From the human T2T-CHM13v2.0 reference genome, Homo sapiens, in assembly GCF_009914755.1 (NCBI RefSeq), contig NC_060929.1: DNA of 64,000 nucleotides; one strand, given 5' to 3'. The stretch's first letter is position 1; each line of letters starts with the position of its first letter. The notes under the pieces were generated by a model, which saw nothing but the letters and a program-made list of their open reading frames with translations, did no database searches and was not told the origin of the DNA. Both the position numbers and the translations under genes were made by a program. Positions 18,776-31,973 of this stretch are shown piece after piece.

Positions 18776-19270
18776 TGTGGTAGATTGTTTACATGAATAG
18801 TCCCAAATACTAGCTTCCCTATAACCAGGATCTTTGCCCTTAACTGTATTCCTGTCTCACTGTGACTCTGGGATTGAACATTCGACTTGTTTTGCCCAAT
18901 GGGATATTAGTCAATGTGTTGCAAACAGAGCAGAAGGCATGGATATTTCTGCTTGCTCTCCTGCATAATTGGGCTGACTCATTCCTGGAACTTACCACCA
19001 CCAAATGAGCATGGCTAGGCAAGTCTGATGTAAAGATATGAGAGACTTAGGAGTAAAGTTTAGTTGTCCAAGCAAAAGTCACCCTAATCTCGATAGTCTC
19101 TTCTTAAACTGCAAGTTGACAGCAGATGTATGAACTGGCCCAGCTCAAAACAACCCAGTTTACACTGGCAGAATTATCCAGCCAAACTATAGACTCAAGA
19201 GAAATAATATATGCATGCATTTTAAACCTCTTTGTTTTGGGTTGATTTATTACCCAGAGTTCCATTTGGA
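18776..19270 (+). mobile_element. MaLR LTR (MLT1F/G/H-like)
   Basis: Starts tgtggtagattg; contains gacttgttttgcccaatgggatattag; ends ttttaaacctctttgttttgggttgatttattac. Confidence 0.65.
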
Positions 19271-21000
19271 GTAATAATGTTATACAACATGATAATGACA
19301 ATAGATAATTGATACACCTAGTCATATTCATAAAACTCTTCCTAAAACCTTATTAATCTACTGTTTTGACTGAATATGCTAAGTAACTTAACACAGTAAT
19401 TTTCTCCATTTCTCCCTTTCTCCCTCAATACTTTGAAATAAAATGCTTCATTACAGCTTTAAATATCTCTCTATTATTACTATTAATAATATGTACATTT
19501 CAGGTGTGACATGCTAGTTAACCAAAATTACTTATTCAGCTTCCAGGACAATGTTTCACAGTTACAGTACACCTTTTACCTAAAAGTAGTCTTAGACCCG
19601 AGGAGAAACTTCTAAAAAAGAGAAGGCTTAGTCTGAAAAATAAAATATTCCTAAGGGCTTTGGGTAAACAAACCAAACAACAAAGAAACAAAACCCTCTT
19701 CCAGAATATCAAATAAAATCTTACTTACTTTGAGTAATGCAAATTTCTTGCTAACATATTTTTCTCTTTTTGCATTTTCAACCAGACAGCTGAAGATAAT
19801 TAGAAATCATCAATCTACTTATTTGTTGTTGTTACAAGTCAAACATCATTTTATAGGGACCCCCCACTTCTTGCCAAGTTTTCCACATCTTTCTCAAGGA
19901 CAGTAGTACTAGATCAACATGAGCATACTCATCAGATAAAGTGAAATAATTAAATAAATAATTTTACCATGGGGGGCAGTCAAAGGTGGCCAAATAGGAA
20001 CAGCTGTGGTCTGCAGCTCCCAGTGTGATTGACACAGAAGGTGGGTGATTTCTGCATTTCCAACTGAGGTACATGGTTCATCTCACTGGGACTCGCTGGA
20101 CAGTGGGTGCAGCCCACAGAGGGTGAGCTGAAGCAGGGCGGGGCATTCCTTCACCCACAAAGTGTAAGGGGTAGGGGATTTCCCTTTCCTAGCCAAGGGA
20201 AGCCATGACAGACTACCTGGAAAATCGGGACACTCCTGCCCAAATACTGTGCTTTTCCCAAGGTCTTAGCAACCAACAGACAAGGTGATACTCTCCCATG
20301 CCTGGTCGGTGGCTCCCACGCCCAAAGAGCCTTGCTCACTGTAAATGCGGCAGTCCGAGATCAATCTGCGAGACAGCAGCCTGGCTGGGGGAGGGGCGTC
20401 CGCCATTGCTAAGGCTTGAGTAGGTAAACAAAGCCGCCCAGAAGCTCGAACTGGGAGGAGCACACCACAGCTCAACAAGGCCTACTGCCTCTAGACTCCA
20501 CCTCTGTGGGCAGGACATAGCTGAACAGAAGGCAGCAGACAACTTCTGCACACTTAAACATCCCTGTCTGACAGCTCTGAAGAGAGCAGTGGTTCTCCCA
20601 GCATGGCATTTGAGCTCTGAGAATGGAAAGACTGCCTCCTCAAGTGGGTCCCTGACCCCCGTGAAGACTAACTGGGAGACACCTCCCAGTAGGGGCTGAC
20701 AGACACCTCATATAGGCGGCTGCCCCTCTGGGACAAAGCTTCCAGAGAAAGGATCAGGCAGCAATATTTCCTGTTCTGCTTTGCTATTCTGCAGCCTCCG
20801 CTGGTGATACCCAGGCAAACAGGGTCTGGAGTGGAAATCAAGCAAACGCCAACAGACCTGCAGCTGAGGGACCTGACCGTTAGAAGGAAAACTAACAAAC
20901 AGAAAGGAATAGCAACAGCGTCAACAAAAAGGTCATCTACAGCAAAACCCCATCTGTAGGTCACCAATATCAAAGACCAAGAGTAGATAAAACTGCAAAC

Positions 21001-22024
21001 ATGGGGAGAAACCAGAGCAGAAAACCTGAAAATTCTAAAAATCAGAGCACCTCTTCTCCTCCAAAGGATTGCAGCTCCTCGCCAGCAACCGAACAAAGCT
21101 GGATGGAGAATGACTTGGACGTGTTGACAGAAGTAAGCTTCAGAAGGTTGGTAATAACAAACTTCTCCGAGCTAAAGGAGGATGTTCAAACCCATCATAA
21201 GGAAGCTAAAAACCTTCAAAAAAGATTAGATGAATGGCTAACTAGAATAAAGAGTGTAGAGAAGACGTTAAATGACCTGATGGAGCTGAAAACCATCACA
21301 CAAGAACTTGGTGATGCATGCAAAGCTTCAATAGCCGATTTGATCAAGGGAAAGAAAGAGTATCAGTGATTGAAGATCAAATTAATGAAATAAAACGAGA
21401 AAACAAGGTTAGAGAAAAAAGAGTAAAAAGAAATGAACAAAGCCTTCAAGACATATGGGACTATGTGAAAAAAAAAAAATCTATGTTTGATTGGTGTACA
21501 TAAAAGTGATGGGAAGAATGTAACCAAGGTGGAAAACACTCTTCAGGATATTATCCAGGAGAACTTGCCCAACCTAGCAAGGCAGGCCAACATTCAAATT
21601 CAGGAATACAGAGAACACCACAAAGATACTCCTCGAGAAGAGCAACTCCAAGACACATGATTGTCAGATTCACTAAGGTTGAAATGAAGGAAAAGTGTTA
21701 AGGGAAAGAAGAGAGAAAAGTCAAGTTACCCACAAAGGGAAGCCCATCAGACTAACAGTGGATCTCTCAGCAGAAACCCTACAAGCCAGAAGAGAGTGGG
21801 GGCCAATATTCAACATTCTTAAAGAAAAGAATTTTCAACCCAGAATTTCATATCCAGCCAAACTAAGATTCATAAGTGAAAGAGAAATAAAATCCTTTAC
21901 AGAAAACCAAATGCTGAGAGATTTTGTCACCACCAGGCCTGCCCTACAAGAGCTCCTGAAGGAAGCACTAAACATGGAAAGGAACAACCGGTACCAGCCA
22001 CTGCAAAAACAGGCCAAATTGTAA
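21001..22024 (+). pseudogene. Disrupted L1 ORF1p
   Basis: MGRNQSRKPENSKNQ...; split into several ORFs by frameshifts. Confidence 0.9.
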
Positions 22025-22087
22025 AGACCACTGATGCTATGAAGAAACCGTATCAATTAACGGGCAAAATAACCAGTGAACATCATA

Positions 22088-25000
22088 ATGACAGGACCAA
22101 CTTAACATATAACAATATTAACCTTAAATGTAAATGGTCTAAGTACCCCAATTAAAAGACACAGACTTGCAAATTGGATAAAGAATCAAGACCCATCATT
22201 GTGCTGCATTCAGGAGACCCATCTCACGTGCAGAGGCACACATAGGCTCAAAATAAAGGGATGGAGGAAGATCTACCAAGCAAATGGAAAACAAAACAAA
22301 AAAAAAAGCAGGGTTTGCAATCCCAGTCTCTATAAAACAGACTTTAAACCAACAAAGATCAAAAGAGACAAGGCCATTACATAATGGTGAAGGGATCAAT
22401 TCAACAAGAAAAGCTAACTCTCCTAAATATATATGCACCCAATACAGGAGCACCCAGATTCATAAAGCAAGTCCAGAGAGACCTACAAGGAGACTTAGAC
22501 TCTCACACAATAATAATGGGAGACCTTAACACTCCACTGTCAATATTAGACAGATCAATGAGACAGAAGGTTAACAAGGGTATCCAGGACTTGAACTCAC
22601 CTCTGCACCAAGTGGACCTAATAGATATCTACAGAACTCTCCAACCCAAACCAACAGAACATATATTCTTCTCAGCACCACATCACACTTATTTTAAAAC
22701 TGACCACATAATTGGAAGTAAAGCACTCCTCAGCAAATGTAAAAGAACAGAAATCACAACAAACTGTCTCTCACACCCAATCAAATTACAACTCAGGATT
22801 AAGAAACTCACTCAAAACTGCACAACTACATGGAAACTGAACAACCTGCTCCTGTATGACTACTGGGTAAATAATGAAATAGGCAGAAATAAAGATGTTC
22901 TTTGAAACCAATGAGAACAAAGACACAACATACCAGAATATCTGGGACACATTTAAAGCAGTGTGTAGAGGGAAACTTATAGCACTAAATGCCCACAAGA
23001 CAAAGCAGGAAACATCTAAAATCGACACGCTAACATCACAATTAAAAGATCTAGAGAAGCAAGAGCAAACAAATTCAAAAGCTAGCGGAAGGCTACGAAT
23101 AACTAAGACCAGAGCAGAACTGAAAGAGATAGAGACACAAAAAACTTTCAAAAAAAATCAATGAATCCAGGAGCTGTTTTTTTGAAAATATCAACAAAAT
23201 TGATAGACCTATACCCTGACTAATAAAGAAGAAAAGATAAAAGAAACAAATAGATGCAATAAAAAATTATAAACGGGATATCACCACCGATCCCACAGAA
23301 ATACAAACTACCATCAGAGAATACTATAAACATTTCTATGCAAATAAACTAGAAAATCTACAAGAAATGGATAAATTCCTGCACAAATACACCCTCCCAA
23401 GACTTAACCAGGAAGAAGTTGAATCTCCAAATAGACCAATAACAGGCTCTGAAATTGAGGCAATAATTAACAGCCTGCCAACCAAAAAAAGTCCAGGACC
23501 AGACGGATTCACAGCCGAATTCTACCAGAAGTACAAAAACAAGCTGGTACCATTCTTTCTGAAACTATTCCAATCAATACAAAAAGAGGGAATCCTCCCT
23601 AACTCATGTTATGAGGCCAACATAATCCTGACATCAAAACGTGGCAGAGACACAACAAAAAAAGAGAATTTTAGACCAATAACCCTGATGAACATCAATG
23701 TGAAAATCCTCAATAAAATACTGGCAAATCAAATCCAGCAGCACATCGAAAAGCTTATCCACCAAGATCAAGTCAGCTTCATCCCTGGGATGCAAGGCTG
23801 GTTCAACATATACAAATCAATAAACATAATCCATCACATAAACAGAACCAAAGACGAAAACCACATGATTATCTCAATAGAAGCAGAAAGGCCTTCAACA
23901 AAATTCAACAGCCCTTCATGCTAAAAACTCCCAATAAAATAGGTATTGATGGAACGTATCTCAAAATAATAAGAGCTATTTATGACAAACCCACAGCCAG
24001 TATCATACTGAATGGGCAAACACTGGAAGCATTCCCTTTGAAAACCAGCGCAAGACAAGGATGCCCTCTCTCACCACTCCTATTCAACATGGTGTTGGAA
24101 GTTCTGACCAGGGCAATCAGGCAAGAGAAAGAAATAAAGGGTATTCGATTAGGAAATGAGGAAGTCAAAGTGTCCCTGTTTGCAGATGACATGATTGTAT
24201 ATTTAGAAAAGCCCATTGTCTCAGCCACAAACCTCCTTAAGCTAATAAGCAACTTCAGCAAAGTCTCAGGATACAAAATCAATGTGCAAAAATCACAAGC
24301 ATTCCTATACACCATTAACAGACAAACAGAGAGCCAAATCATGAGTGAACTCCCATTCACAATTGCTACAAAGAGACAAAGAGAATAAAATACCTAGGAA
24401 TCCAACTTAAAAGGGATGTGAAGGACCTCTTCAAGGAAAACAACAAACCACAGCTGAATGAAATAAAAGAGGACACAAACAAATGGAAGAATATTCCATG
24501 CTCATGGATAGGAAGAATCGATATTGTGAAAATGGCCATACTGCCCAACGTAATTTATAGATTCAATGCCATCCCCATCAAGCTACCAATAACTTTCTTC
24601 ATAGAATTGGAAAAACTACTTTAAAGTTCATATGGAACCAAAAAAGAGCCCGCATTGCCAAGACAATCCTAAGCAAAAAGAACAAAGCTGGAGCCATCAC
24701 GCTACCTGACTTCAAACTATACTACAAGGCTACAATAACCAAAACAGCATGGTACTGGTACCAAAACAGAGATATAGACCAATAGAACAGAACAGAGGCC
24801 TCAGAAATAACACCACACATCTACAACCATGTGATCTTTGACAAACCTGATAAAAACAAGAAATGGGGTAAGGATTCCCTATTTAATAAATGGTGCTGGG
24901 AAGACTGGCTAGCCATGTGTAGAAAGCTGAAATTGGATCCCTTCCTTACACCTTATACAAAAATTAATTCAAGATGGATTAAAGACTTAAATGTTAGGCC

Positions 25001-25911
25001 TAAAACCATAAAAACCCTAGAAGAAAACCTAGGCAATACCATTCAGGACATAGGCAAGGACTTCATGACTAAAACACCAAAAGCAATGGCAACAAAAGCC
25101 AAAATTGAAAAATGGGATCTAATTAAACTAAAGAGCTTCTGCATGGCAAAAGAAACTATCATCAGAGTGAACAGGCAACCTACAGAATGGGAGAAAATTT
25201 TCGCAATCTACCCATCTGACAAAGGGCTAATATCCAGAACCTACAAAAAACTTAAAAAATTTACAAGAAAAAAAAACGAACAACCACATCAAAAAGTGGG
25301 CATAGGATACGAACAGACACTTCTCAAAAGAAGACATCTGTGCAGCCAACAGACACATGAAAAAATGCTCATCATCACTGGCCATCAGAGAAATGCAAAT
25401 CAAAACCACAATGAGATACCATCTCATGCCAGTTAGAATGAAAATCATTAAAAAGTCAGGAAACAACAGATGCTAGAGAGGATGTGGAGAAATAGGAACG
25501 CTTTTACACTGTTGGTGGGAGTGTAAACTAGTTCAACCATTGTGGAAGACTGTGTGGTGATTCCTCAAGGATCTAGAACTAGAATTACCATTTGATCCAG
25601 CCATCCCATTACTGGGTATATACCCAAAGGATTGTAAATCATGCTACTATAAAGACACATGCACACGTATGTTTATTGCAGCACTATTCACAATAGCAAA
25701 GACTTGGAACCAACCCAAATGTCCAACAATGATAGACTGGATTAAGAAAATGTGGCACATATACACCGTGGAATACTATGCAGCCATAAAAAACGATGAG
25801 TTCATGTCCTTTGTAGGGACATGGATGAAGATGGAAACCATTGTTCTCAGCAAACTATCACAAGGACAAAAAACCAAACACCCCATGTTCTCACTCATAG
25901 GTGGGAAGGGA
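22088..25911 (+). pseudogene. Disrupted L1 ORF2p
   Basis: Stop a few codons after the ATG; many frameshifts; the RT fragment with RQGCPLSP and FADD lies only in ORF 23918-24388. Confidence 0.9.
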
Positions 25912-26699
25912 ACAATGAGATCACTTGGACACAGGACGGGGAACATCACACACCGGGGCATTTCGGGGGGTGGGGGGCTGGGGGAGGGATAGCATTAGGA
26001 GAAATACTTAACGTAAATCATGCGTTGAAGGGTGCAGCAAACCAACATGGCACATACATACCTATGTATCAAACCTGCACGTTGTGCACATGTACCCTAG
26101 AACTTAAATTATAATTTAAAAAAATAATAATAATTTTACCTTATTCCTGTGATGTCTTTCATGGATGGACAGGAAATTGTCAATAATTATATATAAGGGA
26201 AACCTGGGACATTGAGGACATCATTTGCTTTTTGCTCAACCTCTCAGAATCTTGTTTTTTCCTTTTATCACAAATCAAATCATGTTGCTGGGCAGAGAAA
26301 GGCTTGGAGAATATGGTATCCTGCCCCCAAATAGTGATTATTTTCTCCATATTTCTGTGGGAGTAGGAAATACTACAAACCAGAACCTAGAAATCATTTG
26401 TTTATATCTTAAATTCATCAACCCCAGTTAAAGTTATATATAGAAATTTAATATGAGAAAGTGGTAAATTTTTACTTTTTAAAGACAGAATATCATTATT
26501 TCCAGTGAGTTTCTCACATGAAAAGATAGTGTTAGATTAAAAAAAAAGTGGTGAGATTGCCAAGCTAACAATCACTTATTTCCTTGATACTGATAACTAC
26601 GATACATCTGCTTCCTCTAAGTCTTATTCTCTGCTAAGTGATTTTCAGACATTTTATTTAATCCTACAATGATGATTCAACAGCAAATGTAATTAGTTG

Positions 26700-27158
26700 G
26701 CAGATCCAAGAGTCAGTTCCCTCATCCTTCTTTCATGCTGCCTTCCCCTGTAGTGGCTAGAAAAGTGAAATACTCAATTTTCCAAACTTTCTTACAGCAA
26801 GAGATGGCTATGACAAGTATTGGCCAACAGTCTATAAACAGAAGTAGATTTAAGAGATTTCTAGAAAAGCCTTTCATTTTCTGATTGAAGAAACTGCCAA
26901 AATGGACATAATTCTTCCTTTCTTCTGCTTTGAATGTGGATTTGATGCCTAGAGCTGTGGCAGCCATCTTGTCACCATATGAAAAAGACCAAGAGCATTG
27001 CAGAGAAGCCAACCCTGATATTACTGAACCATTAAACCAATTCCAGCAGCCATCTATCTCCAGATTTCTTGCCATGAAAAGGAAAATAAGCCCCTACTTT
27101 TTATAGTCATTGTTAGTCAAATGTTTTACTACCACAACATATAAATGTTCCTGACTGA
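26700..27158 (+). mobile_element. MaLR LTR (MLT1J/K-like)
   Basis: gatgcctagagctgtggcagccatcttgtcaccat and the ccagatttcttg...aaataagcccct...ctgactga end motifs. Confidence 0.7.
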
Positions 27159-27629
27159 AGTTTCAAATCCCATTTTCTTAACCAAGCCCAATATTTCTTC
27201 TCTCCCTGTACTCAGTATTAAACTAGATATTGCATTAGTAATATCTCACAAACTTCCCAACACAAATTTTTATGCTAAGTTCCAAGTACATGTGAGGTGC
27301 TGGTTGCAAGATGAAGCCAACTGATTGCTGATTTTAGTATACTCATCATGAAGAGAAGCAGAGTAAGTAGTAACTACCACAGGTTTGCTTTTTATCTGTC
27401 TGTAACTTTAATATTAAAAAAACAGAAAGCAAGAATAACACCAAAGTATAAAATGTAGGACTTTCAGAGAGCTTATTTCTTGGGTACAGAACTTTCATTC
27501 ATCCTTTTATTTCTGAAGGCTCTGCAATCATCAAGCTGCTCCTAATTTAGAGAACTTTAGAATTACTAGAATCATTTCCTGGGAAATTTGAGTTATGAAG
27601 ACAATTGAAGTGAAACTGCATTCACAGAT

Positions 27630-27815
27630 TGTAGTATCATAGAAAGAGGGCAGACTTTGAAGCCAGATAGAAGCTTAAGCACCTGGGGTGATTTATTTAG
27701 CCTGCTTGTGTTTCAGAATTCTCATCTGCAACAGGTAAGTTGCAGACCAAAGATATCATTTCTGTGACATGCTTTGTACAGACGATGGAATATATTAAAT
27801 GTTCAGTAAATATTT
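27630..27815 (+). mobile_element. MIR
   Basis: tRNA-like head (gactttgaagccaga) and core gcctgcttgtgtttcagaattctcatctgcaa. Confidence 0.6.
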
Positions 27816-29264
27816 TGTATTTTTCTTAATTTAATTATCTTTCTGATATCTTGGCTTTTTAAAAATCTTTAGACAAAGCCAGAGAAGAAACATCCCACTA
27901 TGTTCAACCAGTCTCATGCTTACTCAAAATGACTTTCTGGCCTCAAAATAAAATCTTTTTTTCAACCTATAAATCTCTAAGTACAAAGCAGGGAAATTGT
28001 GGTGAGAGCAGCCATTGATTCTGATGAGATCTCTGACTGGGCTGAGCAAACACTGGGTAAATTCCAAGTTCAATGAGGGCTAAGCAAATAAAAACCACAG
28101 CCAGTTCTGTTTGCTCCATCTGCCTAAGATGTGAAGAAAGTGTAAATGGGGTGTTCTGTTAGCCTTCATTTTATTTATTTAGCAAATGTAAAATTGGTCA
28201 TGGAACCTGTAGTACATTCTACAGCCCAGGTCACAAAATGTTAGCAATAAATGAAAACCAAGATCTTATAACATCTTCATAGTTGTTTTCCCCTCTAGAC
28301 TGTTCATGTAATAAGTATTTGAGATCCTTCTGTTTGTTAGACATTGAGGATACAAAGATTAATAAGATACTGCTCCTGACCCCTTGAAAGGCTCATAATC
28401 TGCTTGGAATCAGAAGCTGGTTTCTGGGGCGACCATGATGGGTAGCAATGGCAGTTGAGAATGAGGTTTTTTTGTAGAGATCATGGAAAATAAATGCTCA
28501 ACAGTTCAAGTTATGTGATAAAAGGTCTTCCCTTCTTGTGCCTCCCTCATAAGGCTTCTCTATGCAAGTGCCAAGGCTGGGAGACTGGATCAAGTCAGAC
28601 AAGATTATCTAGGCTTGGGCAGAACTAAGATTATAAAACCAGCCCAAGAAAGGAGAGAACTGTAAGTTATCTGTTCCCCATGGCCTGACTCAAATGTCAA
28701 ATGTCTACTCTGCCAAGCAGCTCAGGTGGGCAACCTGGAAGCTTAGCTTATGTCTGCATGTTGTAGCTTCATCCTGAGCAGAAATGGTGGAAATTGTGCC
28801 CTGATAACAAATCCAGAGGCTCTCTTCTTGCCAAACCCAACCATACACAATTTGTCTGCAGCTACTGTGCTTCCTCTCCCTGCAATAGCTGAGTGAACAG
28901 AGACGGAGGAGTAATAAGGAAATAGACATGCAAATAAGTTATTATAATGCAATGTACTATGGAAGCACAGACTAATGACCAATGAATTCTTCTTGGTCCC
29001 AGAAACAGATGCTCACAGAAAACTCAGAAGACTTCTCAAGTGCTAATACTTAAAAGAAAATATAGACATTTTGTTGAGCCGGTACATGAAAAGAGGAGAA
29101 GATAAGGAGAGAGCATGCTGGCCAATGGAAGAGCATGCGAAGTGCAAAAAGGCAGGAAAGCAACTGACGTGTTCTGGAAAAGTCAAACAATTCAACATTG
29201 GAGTTCAGGTGTTCCATATGTGTAAAGGGTGAGAGCAGCCATTGATGCGGATGCAGTGTCCCTG

Positions 29265-29362
29265 ATGGGGCTAATCATTAGACAACACATACATGCATCA
29301 AAACATCACACTGTACCTTAGAAATAGGTACAATCATTATCTGTCAATTAAGAAATAAGTAT
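29265..29362 (+). mobile_element. Old L1 (L1MA-like) extreme 3' end
   Basis: catgcatcaaaacatcacactgtacc...tacaatcattatctgtcaatt. Confidence 0.6.
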
Positions 29363-29479
29363 TAATATCTTAATCTGTGGGAGGGAAAGAAAAAATCAGT
29401 TGGATGTTGCCTTTTATGATTAAAGAGTCAGTGCAGCTCAAATTTGCTTCATAAAAGGACACATTTTTCATTTCCTATA

Positions 29480-29681
29480 GATTACATAACAGGGAGATTT
29501 CACATGTTAAAAACCCATATTTTTGTTTTCTCTTGAAAACTCAAATGTGGCAGCAATCGTGGAGGTGAAAGGCAGCAGTCGTTTAGAAAAATACCCGATC
29601 CAGTTGGCCACCAACCCTGACCAGCCCATTTCATTTTTCTTCCTGCCAGGCCTTGGAAAGAAGTGAGTGTTTTACTCCTGC
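29480..29681. mobile_element. hAT MITE, MER102-like
   Basis: ttctcttgaaaa...ccagttggccacc...cctgccaggccttggaaag..tgagtgttttactcctg resembles the MER102 terminus. Confidence 0.45.
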
Positions 29682-30561
29682 ACTCAGTGATGAAAAGATA
29701 AAATTTTTAAACAGGAGACTGATAGGATTACATTAGTTTTATGTTCAACATAGTGAGCAGAGAAGGAAGGGATACCACACACACTCTGCTATCCCCTGCT
29801 AGCATTTTAATAATTTAAAAATCCCTCGCTCCTGCTTAGGCAATTTTTAATAGTGGGTAAGTGAACCTCTGAAATATAGCTCCTTTGCTACCAAATTCCC
29901 CTTTTTCTCTCCTTTAGTGAAAGGATTTTCAAATCATAGAGTCCTTTTTCAGAAAACCACAGGAGATAATCGATTTTATTGTGTTGAATGTCTTTAAATA
30001 ATTCAAATCAAAGTATACTATGAACTTAATATAACTCATCTATGGTGTTCTAACGGTTATTAAATACCTAGATTTGCTCCAATGAGTTAAATGAAAGTTT
30101 ATCCTGAATGTGCAATGTTTGCAAAGCCCTTTGGCATGTGTGTTGCTGTGGCATGTGGACTCACTACTTGATCGTGGTTAAGAAGGTTTGTCCCCAAGTG
30201 AAAAAGTTGAGTGGGGAAAGTTGAGTTTAATAATATCAACATATATCATTGCAATGCACTGATTTAAAACCAAATTAATATTTTATCCTCAGGTAATTCT
30301 TACTATAATCCAAAAAGTCTCATCAAAAGAGATTTATTTAAAAAACTTTTCTTTTATTAAGTTTACTAACCAGAGTTATTTTTAAGAGTCTCCAAGATGA
30401 ATACCTGAGATGTAGAAAGACGTAAAGTTTCTGGAGAAATCGAGGTTGCAAAATCCTGTAAAGTAAAATACTGACTAATGGGAATTTTGAACAGATATGT
30501 CTAATGCTATTATAATGAATGAACACAAGTGGATAAAAATGATTGACAAAAGGATAGAGGA

Positions 30562-30790
30562 TCTCTAATATTTACTGAGTTCCTTCTACATGTCAGGTAC
30601 TATTTTAGGTCTTTCATATATCACATAATACACCTAAACCTCACAGTAAACCTGTGTCAGGTTACTATCCTCACTTTACAGGTGCAGAAACTGAAACACC
30701 GAGAGGTTAAGTAATATATACAAGGTTGCGTAGTTGCAAATGGCAATCAATTTTGAACTTAAGATTTGTCTAATTCCAAGGCTATGCTTT
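30562..30790 (-). mobile_element. MIR
   Basis: Reverse core cactttacaggtgcagaaactgaaacaccgagaggttaagtaa. Confidence 0.8.
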
Positions 30791-30997
30791 GGAGAGAAAA
30801 TAAACACTGTAAATGATGAAGAGTTTCACCAAGCATTACCCAATCTGCTGAAAGACTGCTGCTAACCTCAGCTGTATGGGTGAATCTGAAGCCAGGTGCA
30901 CACATTGGGAAAGGGAGGTTCACAGGTCCCCTACATTAGTTCTTCTGTTAAGAGATGCTCCTGCAATATTACATAGGCCGCTTTGCCCACTGTCACT

Positions 30998-31020
30998 CAC
31001 ACACACACACACACACACAT
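30998..31020. repeat. (CA)n microsatellite
   Basis: Direct reading of a CA run. Confidence 0.9.
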
Positions 31021-31672
31021 ATGCACCACAGCAGTGCTAAATGTCTAGGAATTTATGACAGGATGGGCCATTACTTCTACCCAAAGATGTAAATCCTTTT
31101 AAAAAATACCAAATGTTGGGCACCTAGACAGAGAGCACCCCATTCATCAGCATAGATAAATATATAAAATCCACTATAAGAAAACTGAAATAAATACACT
31201 CACATGCTGTCAATCTTTGCCAACACTATGAACTGAAGTGAGCACAAGAAGCCACTGGTAACCTTCAGATAAGAAATCCTTAAGCCACAGACCCTCTTTC
31301 ACTTGTTTCTTTGGTATTTTACTAGGTTTAAATAAAGGCTGACAAATCACTCCACCACAGTAGCAATAATTCTACCTAGATATTTTTGTATGTGAAGGAA
31401 CCAACCAATAAGACTTAAGAACAAGAACAAAGCTGCCAAAGGAGATGGATGTGATGGCAACCTGAAAGATCATGATGTCCACCTGATGTGAAAGAGGAGG
31501 AGGGCTGCACTGCACAGGCTAGGAAACCAAAGGTGGCTCATTGGGTTCATCTGAGGCTCTCTAAGTGAAGACCGGGTCACAACAGAAACGCCCAAAGAGA
31601 GGTTCTGAAAGAGCTGTTCTTTTCCTGATGACTTCACTTCATTTAGGGATTCACAAAAGTACATGCTTACTT

Positions 31673-31973
31673 TCTTTTTTTTTTTTTTTTTTTTTTGAGA
31701 TGGAATCTTGCTCTGTCCCCCAGGCTGGAGGGCAGTGGCACAATCTCGGCTCACTGCAAGCTCTGCCTCCCGGGTTCACGCCATTCTCCCGCCTCAGCCT
31801 CCTGAGCAGCTGGGACTACAGGCATCCGCTACCACGCCCAGCTAATTTTTTGTATTTTTAGTAGAGACAGGGTTTCACCGTGTTAGCCAGGATGGTCTCG
31901 ATCTCCTGACTTCGTGATCCGCCCACCTCGGCCTCCTAAAGTGCTGGGATTACAGGTGTGAGCCACCGTGCCC
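31673..31973 (-). mobile_element. AluY-like
   Basis: gcaagctctgcctcccgggttcacgccattctc and ccgtgttagccaggatggtctcgatctc. Confidence 0.95.

Larger units (their letters stand above)
19971..26128 (+). mobile_element. Full-length, inactive LINE-1 (L1PA6-like)
   Basis: G-rich start, ~1.03-kb 5'UTR, ORF1 ATG at 21001, ORF2 ATG at 22088, G-rich 3'UTR tract at 25965-25988; TSD aataattttacc(a/t)t at 19957-19970 and 26129-26142. Confidence 0.95.

Noticed and set aside
25965-25988. G-quadruplex-capable tract
   Set aside because: Standard L1 3'UTR polypurine tract, not specific to this locus.
27732-27740. Perfect plus-strand donor CAG|GTAAGT in a MIR, and cag|gtaatt at ~30290
   Set aside because: Isolated signals with no convincing paired acceptor or reading frame; expected by chance in 64 kb.
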